A stretch of DNA of 64,000 nt, taken from the NCBI GenBank assembly GCA_963749705.1, contig CAVVNQ010000015.1, positions 320,001 to 384,000 of the forward strand. Reading direction: 5' to 3'. The translations under genes were made by a program, and so were the position numbers. The DNA is from an uncultured Chloroflexia bacterium. Lineage in GTDB: Bacteria; Chloroflexota; Limnocylindria; Limnocylindrales; CSP1-4. Shown piece after piece: positions 56,969-64,000 of the stretch; the first letter of the stretch is position 1; every line of letters begins with the position of its first letter. Under the pieces are notes generated by a model. It searched no databases, was not told the DNA's origin, and saw only the letters and a program-made list of their open reading frames with translations.

Positions 56969-58144
56969 GTGCCCACCGTCTCGATGCGCCAGCTCCTGGA
57001 GGCCGGCGTCCACTTCGGCCACCAGACCCGGCGCTGGAACCCCAAGATGCGCCCGTTCATCTTCGCGGAGCGCAACGGGATCCACATCATCGACCTGGCC
57101 CAGACGGTCAAGCGCCTCGATTCGGCGCTCGAGTTCGTCACCGAGACCGTCGCGCGCGGCGACAGCGTCCTGTTCGTGGGCACCAAGAAGCAGGCCCAGG
57201 AGCCGGTGATGCAGGAGGCGATCCGCGCCGGCCAGCCGTACGTGACCAAGCGCTGGCTGGGCGGGATGCTGACCAACTTCGTGACCATCAAGAAGCGGAT
57301 CGGCCTGCTCGACCAGCTCGAGGCGCGCCAGCAGGCCGGCGACTTCGATCGCCTGCCCAAGAAGGAAGCCGCGCTGCTGACCGAGGAGCTCAACAAGCTC
57401 AGCGCCATGCTCGGTGGCATTCGCAAGATGAAGCGCCTGCCGGGTGCGGTGTTCATCGTCGACCCGCATCGCGAGCGGATCGCGGTGACCGAGTCCAACA
57501 AGCTCGAGATCCCCGTGGTCGGCACCGGCGACACCAACGTCGACCCGGACGAGCTCGACTACATCATCCCGGCCAACGACGACGCGATCCGCGCCATCCG
57601 GCTGCTGTGCCAGCTGGTTGCCGACGCAGCGATCGAAGGGGCCCGCGAGCGGGCCGCCCGCGCAACCGCCGAGCCCGAGGTCCAGGAGCCGCAGGCGATG
57701 GACGAGCCCGAGTTCGACGAGTCGGCGGCTGCCGATCTCGTCGCCCAGCTGACCGCCGGCGGGACGCTTTCGTTCAACCCGGACAGCGAGGATGACGACC
57801 TGCTGCCGGGCGCCGCCCGAACACCCGAGGGCGCCACCGGGGCGGAGCCGGCTCCGCCGGCCGTCGCCGCGACGCCCGCTCCGCCGGCGGACAGCCCGGT
57901 GGCCGCACCAGCCGAGCCCGCGAAGGCGGAGGCCGGGGCATCCGCAGCCGAGCCCGCCAAGCCCGCCGCGAGGACGCCCGCCGCCAGGCGGACGCCGGCT
58001 GCCCCGAAGGTGGCCGTCGCGCCCGCGAGCGAGGCGGCACCGGCGACCGGCCGCGACGCCGGCGCCGAGGAACCGGCTCCTGCGACCGGGAAACCGGCCG
58101 CCGGGGCGGACAAGCCGGCTCCGGCCGAATCGCCAACCGAATGA
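56969..58144 (+). CDS. rpsB: 30S ribosomal protein S2 with long Ala/Pro tail
   Basis: [39 protein letters not shown]. Confidence 0.97.
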   Translation: MPTVSMRQLLEAGVHFGHQTRRWNPKMRPFIFAERNGIHIIDLAQTVKRLDSALEFVTETVARGDSVLFVGTKKQAQEPVMQEAIRAGQPYVTKRWLGGMLTNFVTIKKRIGLLDQLEARQQAGDFDRLPKKEAALLTEELNKLSAMLGGIRKMKRLPGAVFIVDPHRERIAVTESNKLEIPVVGTGDTNVDPDELDYIIPANDDAIRAIRLLCQLVADAAIEGARERAARATAEPEVQEPQAMDEPEFDESAAADLVAQLTAGGTLSFNPDSEDDDLLPGAARTPEGATGAEPAPPAVAATPAPPADSPVAAPAEPAKAEAGASAAEPAKPAARTPAARRTPAAPKVAVAPASEAAPATGRDAGAEEPAPATGKPAAGADKPAPAESPTE

Positions 58145-58278
58145 CCTGCGCCCGGGACCGCGGTCGATCCGCCCTCCCGGGTCACCCCGCCGGCGCCCTC
58201 ACCGGCGTCCGGCGGCCCATCACGAGCACAAAGCGCGCACACTGACGGCGCGCCCACGACACAGGAGCATGAATTCCC

Positions 58279-58875
58279 ATGGCAATCACGGCCGCGACCG
58301 TCAAGGAGCTGCGCGAGCGAACCGGCGCGGGCATGATGGACTGCAAGCGTGCGCTCGAGGAGGCCGGCGGCGACCTCGAAGCGGCCGTCGCGCTGCTCCG
58401 CGAGCGAGGGATCGCATCTGCGGCGAAGAAGGCCGCGCGCGACGCCCGCGAGGGGCTCGTCAGCAGCTACATCCACACCGGTGGCCGCGTCGGCGTGCTC
58501 ATCGAGGTCAACTGCGAGACCGACTTCGTCGCCCGCACGGACGACTTCCAGCGGCTGGTCCGCGATCTTGCCATCCAGGTCGCGGGCCTCGCGCCCATCT
58601 ACGTCGATGTCGACAATATCCCCGAGGCGGACCTCGAGGCCAGGAAGGCGGAGCTGCTTACGGACCCTGCGGTGCGGTCCAAGCCCGAGGCGATCCGCGA
58701 CAAGATCATCGACGGCCAGCTGCGCAAGTGGTATCGCGACGTGTGCCTGCTCGAGCAGCCGTTCCGCGACGAGGACCGCAGCGTCCGCGACCTGGTGACC
58801 GAGAAGATCGCCACGATCGGCGAGAACATCCGCGTCCGCCGCTTCACCCGCTACGCGCTCGGGGAGGAGATGTGA
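58279..58875 (+). CDS. tsf: Elongation factor Ts (short form)
   Basis: [36 protein letters not shown]. Confidence 0.97.
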   Translation: MAITAATVKELRERTGAGMMDCKRALEEAGGDLEAAVALLRERGIASAAKKAARDAREGLVSSYIHTGGRVGVLIEVNCETDFVARTDDFQRLVRDLAIQVAGLAPIYVDVDNIPEADLEARKAELLTDPAVRSKPEAIRDKIIDGQLRKWYRDVCLLEQPFRDEDRSVRDLVTEKIATIGENIRVRRFTRYALGEEM

Positions 58876-59666
58876 CCGATCCCGGACGCGGGACGGACAC
58901 CACGCCCGGACCGACGGCGGTCCCGGATCCCGGGCGCCTCCGCTACGGCCGGATCCTGCTCAAGCTGTCCGGCGAGGCGCTGCTCGGCGACCGGCAGTAC
59001 GGCGTCGACCCGGCGTTCTGTGCGTTCATCGCCGGCCAGGTCGCCGAGGTTCGCTCGCAGGGCGTCCAGGTCGGCATCGTCGTGGGCGGCGGCAACATCT
59101 TCCGCGGGCTTGCCGCGGCGGCGCGAGGGATGGATCGAGCAACCGGCGACTACATCGGCATGCTCGCGACCGTGATGAACGGCCTCGCCCTCCAGGATGC
59201 GATCGAGCGCGCCGGGATCCCGGTCCGGGTGATGAGCGCGATCGCGATGAACGAGGTCGCGGAGCCGTACATCCGTCGCCGAGCGGTTCGTCATCTCGAG
59301 AAGGGCCGGGTTGCCATCTTCGTGGCCGGCACCGGAAACCCGTACTTCACGACCGACACCGCAGCGGCGCTGCGCGCCGTCGAGATCGGCGCCGAGGTGC
59401 TGCTCAAGGCGACCAGGGTCGATGGCGTCTACGATGCGGATCCGATGCAGCACCCGACGGCAACGCGCTACGCTCGGCTGGAGTACCAGGATCTCCTCCG
59501 GGACCAGCTCAAGGTCCTCGATGCGACGGCCGTGTCGCTGTGCATGGAGAACGACCTGCCGATCGTGGTGTTCGACCTCAACGAGCCCGACAACATCACG
59601 AGGGTCGCCCGCGGCGAGCCGGTGGGCACCCTCATCTCCGCCCACACCGGAGGAGCGACCGCATGA
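58872..59666 (+). CDS. pyrH: UMP kinase
   Basis: [37 protein letters not shown]. Confidence 0.97.
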   Translation: MTDPGRGTDTTPGPTAVPDPGRLRYGRILLKLSGEALLGDRQYGVDPAFCAFIAGQVAEVRSQGVQVGIVVGGGNIFRGLAAAARGMDRATGDYIGMLATVMNGLALQDAIERAGIPVRVMSAIAMNEVAEPYIRRRAVRHLEKGRVAIFVAGTGNPYFTTDTAAALRAVEIGAEVLLKATRVDGVYDADPMQHPTATRYARLEYQDLLRDQLKVLDATAVSLCMENDLPIVVFDLNEPDNITRVARGEPVGTLISAHTGGATA

Positions 59667-60220
59667 GCAGCGAGATCCTGACCGCGACCGAACGGAAGAT
59701 GGTCCGCGCCGTGGAGGCGATGGAGCGCGACTTCCAGGGCCTCCGCACCGGGCGCGCCTCGACGTCACTGGTGGATCGGCTGGTCGTCGACTACTACGGG
59801 ACCCAGACCCCGCTCAACCAGCTGGCCTCGATCAGCGTCCCGGAGCCCCACCAGATCGTCATCCAGCCCTGGGATCGCGGGGTGCTGGGTGCCATCGAGA
59901 AGGCCATCCAGAAGAGCGACATCGGCCTTATGCCAAACGTCGACGGCACGCTCGTGCGGCTCAACATCCCGCCGCTCACCGAGGAGCGTCGCAAGGACAT
60001 CGTGAAGAGCGTCCACAAACGCATGGAAGAGGCCCGCGTCGAGATCCGCAACCTTCGCCGCGAGGCCGCCGATGCGTTCAAGAAGGAGGAGCGTGACGGC
60101 TCGCTGGGTGCCGATGAGGCGCACCGGCAGCTGGATCAGCTCCAGAAGGTCACGGACCACGTGATCGCCGATGTCGATCGCGTCGGGGCAGTCAAGGAGC
60201 AGGAGGTCCTCGAGGTCTAG
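59663..60220 (+). CDS. frr: Ribosome recycling factor
   Basis: LRTGRAS, YYG...[14 protein letters not shown]. Confidence 0.97.
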   Translation: MSSEILTATERKMVRAVEAMERDFQGLRTGRASTSLVDRLVVDYYGTQTPLNQLASISVPEPHQIVIQPWDRGVLGAIEKAIQKSDIGLMPNVDGTLVRLNIPPLTEERRKDIVKSVHKRMEEARVEIRNLRREAADAFKKEERDGSLGADEAHRQLDQLQKVTDHVIADVDRVGAVKEQEVLEV

Positions 60221-61035
60221 TGGCCCAGGCGCCGCTCGATCGATCCCTCGCGCGACCGACCGACGCACCGCCGCTCGCGCACGAGCCGGCGGGCGACGAG
60301 CCGGCGCCGGTGACGGCTGCGCCCCTCGCGGAATCCCCGCAGCCGTCGGCCGACGAGCTGCCGCGGCACGTTGCGATCATCATGGACGGCAACCGCCGCT
60401 GGGCCCGGGCCAGGTCACTGCCCGACTTCGAGGGCCATGCCGCGGGGGAGGAGGCCGTCCGCGGCCTGCTCCAGCACGCGGTTCGGCGAGGCGTGCCGAT
60501 GCTCACGCTGTACGCCTTCAGCCGCGAGAACTGGGCTCGTTCCGACGACGAGGTTGCCGGGCTGTTCGATCTCCTCGGCCAGGCGATCCGCGAGGAGACC
60601 GATGAGCTTCGCGTGCAGGGTGTCCGGGTGCGGCTGCTGGGCCGGCTCGAGGAGCTGCCGGAGGAGACCCGGACCTCGATCAGCGAGGCGCTCGACCGCA
60701 CGGCGGGCGGAACCCGCCTGATCCTCAACATCGCCTGGAACTACGCAGGCCGGACCGAGATCGTCGACGCGTTCCGCCGGATCGCCGCATCGGGGATCCG
60801 TCCCGAGGACATCGATGAGCGGACGATCAGCGACGCGCTGTACACCGCGGGCCTGCCTGACCCAGATCTCGTGATCCGCACCGGTGGCGAGCAGCGGATC
60901 AGCAACTTCCTGATCTGGCAGTCGGCCTACGCCGAGCTCGTGTTCAGCGACCGGCTGTGGCCGGACTTCGGCCCGGACGCCTTCGACGAGGCCCTGCTGG
61001 AGTTCGCGCGCCGGACGCGCCGGTTCGGGCGCTAG
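60220..61035 (+). CDS. uppS: Undecaprenyl/isoprenyl diphosphate synthase
   Basis: HVAIIMDGNRRWA, YAFSRENW, IRTGGEQRISNFLIWQ, RRFG. Confidence 0.96.
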   Translation: MAQAPLDRSLARPTDAPPLAHEPAGDEPAPVTAAPLAESPQPSADELPRHVAIIMDGNRRWARARSLPDFEGHAAGEEAVRGLLQHAVRRGVPMLTLYAFSRENWARSDDEVAGLFDLLGQAIREETDELRVQGVRVRLLGRLEELPEETRTSISEALDRTAGGTRLILNIAWNYAGRTEIVDAFRRIAASGIRPEDIDERTISDALYTAGLPDPDLVIRTGGEQRISNFLIWQSAYAELVFSDRLWPDFGPDAFDEALLEFARRTRRFGR

Positions 61036-61044
61036 GCGCGGCCG

Positions 61045-61872
61045 TTGCTACGCACCCGCACGCTCACCGCGCTCGTCCTCGTCCCGCCACTGATCGTCGC
61101 GCTGCTGATCGGCGTGCCGGCCGTCGCGGCGGTGCTCGGGGTCGCGGCATTCCTGGGCAGCCTCGAGGTCTTCCGCCTGCTCCGGGCCGCCGGCTACCCA
61201 TCGCAATCGTGGTTCGGTGCGGTGCTCGCGGTCGCCATCGTCCTCGAGGCGGCAGTTCGCCCCGGCGGGGACAAGGGCATCCTGCTCGTCGGGGTCGGCA
61301 CCATCCTCGCCGGGATCGGCGCCTTCGGACGTCCCGATCCGCGTGATGGGATGGTGGCCTGGATCGCGACCGTGTTCGGGGCGCTGTACGTCGGCCTGCT
61401 GAGCTTCGTGCTTTACGTCGCTGCCGCCGCGCCGCCCGTCCCGCCCGATGCCGCGCTCGCCCAGCTGGGCCCGGAGCGCGGCTGGATCCTGCTCCTGGTC
61501 GTCGGCGTGTGGACCTACGACACCGGCGCCTACCTCGTCGGGCGAAGCCTTGGCCGGCATCATTTCCTGGAGCACATCTCGCCGGCCAAGACCATCGAGG
61601 GCCTGGTCGGGGGCCTGGCCGCCACCACCGCGGTGATGGCGGCGGTCCTGGCCGGTCTCGGGCAGGAGCCGCTCGGGGCACTGGTCCTGGGCCCGCTCGT
61701 CGGGCTCGCGGCGCAGGCGGGTGACCTTGCCGAGTCGATGCTCAAGCGCGCCGCGGGCGCCAAGGATTCGGGGACGCTGATCCCGGGCCATGGAGGGATC
61801 CTCGATCGAACTGACTCATTCCTGTTCGCGGGACCGGCGGTGATGCTGTATGTCGTTGCGCTCGCCCGCTGA
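61045..61872 (+). CDS. cdsA: Phosphatidate cytidylyltransferase
   Basis: DTGAYLVG, ISPAKTIEG, GDLAESMLKR, KDSG, HGGILDR. Confidence 0.95.
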   Translation: MLRTRTLTALVLVPPLIVALLIGVPAVAAVLGVAAFLGSLEVFRLLRAAGYPSQSWFGAVLAVAIVLEAAVRPGGDKGILLVGVGTILAGIGAFGRPDPRDGMVAWIATVFGALYVGLLSFVLYVAAAAPPVPPDAALAQLGPERGWILLLVVGVWTYDTGAYLVGRSLGRHHFLEHISPAKTIEGLVGGLAATTAVMAAVLAGLGQEPLGALVLGPLVGLAAQAGDLAESMLKRAAGAKDSGTLIPGHGGILDRTDSFLFAGPAVMLYVVALAR

Positions 61873-63079
61873 TCCGCGCCCCCCGGGCATCGCGCTCCTG
61901 GGCTCGACCGGCAGCATCGGCCGCCAGGCCGTCGACGTCCTGGAGCGGCACGCCGACCGGTTCCGCGTCGTGGCCCTTGCCGCCGGCGCCAGTGCCGACG
62001 TCCTCTCGAGCCAGGCGCAGCGGCTCCGGCCGGCGGTCGTGGCGCTGGCCGACGCCCATGCGTCGCTCGACCTGCCCGCCGGGACGGCGCGGACCGAAGG
62101 CGACGGCGCGCTCGAGATGCTGGCAACCCGCGACGACGTCGACCTGGTCATCGTGGGCACCGGTGGCATCGTCTCGCTGCAGCCCGTGCTCGCAGCCCTT
62201 CGGGCGGGCAAGATCGTCGCCACCGCCAACAAGGAGACCCTGGTCGCGGGCGGCCACCTGGTCATGGCCGAGGCCCGGGCAAGGGCCGCCGAGCGAGCGC
62301 GCGACGCGCCCGGCGATGCGCTCGTCACCCCGCTGGCCTGGCTGCGCCCGATCGATTCGGAGCATTCCGCGATCTGGCAGTGCCTGGCCGGCGAGCCTGC
62401 GTCGGGTGTCGCGCGGATGGTGCTCACGGCATCCGGCGGTCCGTTCCTCGACGCGGCTCCGGAGGCGCTCTCCGGGGCGACCCCCGAGCACGCGCTGCGA
62501 CACCCGACATGGTCGATGGGGGCCAAGATCACGATCGACTCCGCCACCCTCGCGAACAAGGGCCTGGAGGTGATCGAGGCACACTGGCTGTACGATGTCG
62601 GCTACGACGCGATCGATGTGGTCATCCATCCGCAGAGCGTCGTGCACTCCGCCGTCCAGTTCGTCGACGGCTCCCTCAAGGCCCAGCTGGGCACCCCGGA
62701 CATGCGCCTCCCGATCCAGTATGCCCTCACCTACCCGCAACGCCTGCCGTCGCCGGCAACCCCGCCGGACCTGATCGCGATCGGGCGGCTGGACTTCCGC
62801 GCGCCGGATGAGACGCGGTTTCCTGCGTTGCGCATCGCGCGCGAAGCCGGCCGGACCGGCAGCCGCGCGTCGGCGGCGCTGATCGCTGCCGACGATGTCG
62901 CGGTGTCCCGGTTCCTCGCCGGGACGCTCGACTTCCCGGGCATCCCGCGGCTGCTCGAGGCCGCGGTCCAGCGGTACGGCGAGGGCGAGGACCAGGCTCC
63001 GGACGTCGAGACGCTGGTGGCGCTTGACCGCGAGGTCCGCGACGCCTTCGCAGGCGGGCCCGTCGGGGCGCGGTCGTGA
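61850..63079 (+). CDS. dxr: 1-deoxy-D-xylulose-5-phosphate reductoisomerase
   Basis: LGSTGSIG, ANKETLV, PIDSEHSAI, TASGGPF, HPTWSMGAKITIDSAT. Confidence 0.97.
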   Translation: MSLRSPADPRPPGIALLGSTGSIGRQAVDVLERHADRFRVVALAAGASADVLSSQAQRLRPAVVALADAHASLDLPAGTARTEGDGALEMLATRDDVDLVIVGTGGIVSLQPVLAALRAGKIVATANKETLVAGGHLVMAEARARAAERARDAPGDALVTPLAWLRPIDSEHSAIWQCLAGEPASGVARMVLTASGGPFLDAAPEALSGATPEHALRHPTWSMGAKITIDSATLANKGLEVIEAHWLYDVGYDAIDVVIHPQSVVHSAVQFVDGSLKAQLGTPDMRLPIQYALTYPQRLPSPATPPDLIAIGRLDFRAPDETRFPALRIAREAGRTGSRASAALIAADDVAVSRFLAGTLDFPGIPRLLEAAVQRYGEGEDQAPDVETLVALDREVRDAFAGGPVGARS

Positions 63080-64000
63080 ACGAGCTGTTCGACTCGATCG
63101 TCACGATCCTGCTGTTCATCATCGTGCTGGGCGGCTTGGTGCTGTTCCACGAGCTCGGCCATTTCGTGTTCGCCCGCCTGGCCGGCGTCCGCGTGCTCGA
63201 GTTCGGGATCGGCTTCCCGCCGCGCGCGAGGATCCTGCGGACGGCGCCGCCATCGGCCGAGCAGCTCGAGCAGGCCGAACGGATGCGCCGCGAAGCCCAG
63301 GCTGCGCTCGAGGCGGCGGGCGACGACGAGGATCGGCGGAACGCGATCCTCGAAGCCCGGCCGGCGGACCCGATCGGGACGCAGTACACGCTCAACTGGC
63401 TGCCCATCGGCGGCTTCGTCAAGCTCGAGGACGAGGATGGTGGCGACAGCGACGATCCACGCTCGTTCGGGCGCGCCCGCCTGCCGGTCAAGCTGCTGAT
63501 CCTCGCCGCCGGGGTCCTGATGAACCTCGTGCTGTCGTTTGCGATCTTCGCCTCGATTGCGTGGTTCGCGACGCCCTACGTCGGTCTCAAGTTCGGGACC
63601 GTCGAGGCCGGCTCACCGGCACAGGAGGCCGGGCTGCGCAACGACGATGCGCTCGTGTCCGTCAACGGCGAGGCGTTCGAGTTCTACGGGCCGACGATCG
63701 TCGATGCCCTGCACGCCGACGCGGGCCAGACGGTGAGCCTGGGCGTCATCCGTTCCGACGGGACCCGCGCCACGCTGACGGCCACCCTGCGCTCACCGGC
63801 CGAGGTCGCCGCCGGCAAGGGGGCGCTGGGCATCCGGGCAGGTCCGCAGGGCTTCGAGTCGCTGTTCTACGGCGAGTACACCGGCCGGCCGCTGCCACAG
63901 GCGCTGGAGATCGGCGCCAGCGAGACCACCCGCTGGTTCGGGCTCGTACTCAGCGGCCTGGGCGATCTCGTCGGATCGGTGGCGACCGACCCGACCGCGG
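63076..64000 (+). CDS. rseP: RIP metalloprotease RseP (partial, runs off the window)
   Basis: FHELGH, EFGIGFPP, LPIGGFVK, AGVLMN, then a PDZ-like region. Confidence 0.93.
   Translation, partial: MNELFDSIVTILLFIIVLGGLVLFHELGHFVFARLAGVRVLEFGIGFPPRARILRTAPPSAEQLEQAERMRREAQAALEAAGDDEDRRNAILEARPADPIGTQYTLNWLPIGGFVKLEDEDGGDSDDPRSFGRARLPVKLLILAAGVLMNLVLSFAIFASIAWFATPYVGLKFGTVEAGSPAQEAGLRNDDALVSVNGEAFEFYGPTIVDALHADAGQTVSLGVIRSDGTRATLTATLRSPAEVAAGKGALGIRAGPQGFESLFYGEYTGRPLPQALEIGASETTRWFGLVLSGLGDLVGSVATDPTA

Overview
A very GC-rich bacterial chromosome segment made almost entirely of housekeeping genes, probably from a monoderm Chloroflexota lineage (inferred from gene order and protein style, not verified). 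The window contains yvcK'-whiA-tpiA-gpmI-secG, eight tRNA genes around lemA-htpX, and a small accessory patch (two tiny membrane proteins, SnoaL-like, DUF1003, orphan CpaE/TadZ-like). It continues with rpsF-ssb-rpsR, TauE/DUF1634/Na:Ca antiporter, ilvE, an LCP protein, ileS-lspA-rluD-gmk-priA-def-fmt-rlmN-rpe-dtd, rpmB, asp23-fakA-recG-rsmD-coaD-yceD-rpmF-plsX-nusB-acpP-rnc-smc-ftsY, a secreted HAD phosphatase, ffh, DUF3352, rpsP-khpA-rimM-trmD-rplS-rnhB-yraN and rpsB-tsf-pyrH-frr-uppS-cdsA-dxr-rseP'. I see no prophage, IS element, CRISPR-Cas or defence island, and no clearly new multi-gene system. The most interesting protein-level signals are an IleRS2 with the swapped GVHH signature, an RNase HII lacking its GRG motif, a degenerate SMC hinge, a divergent L28, a CUG-initiated gene and an apolipoprotein-like orphan preceded by 11-bp direct repeats. 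At the DNA/RNA level there is a candidate ffh leader RNA, an SOS box, many leaderless promoters plus one bidirectional promoter, three intergenic tracts with ~50-bp periodic or palindromic units, and two single-base frameshifts (fmt, rimM) that may be sequencing errors. All calls come from reading motifs by eye; no searches were run.
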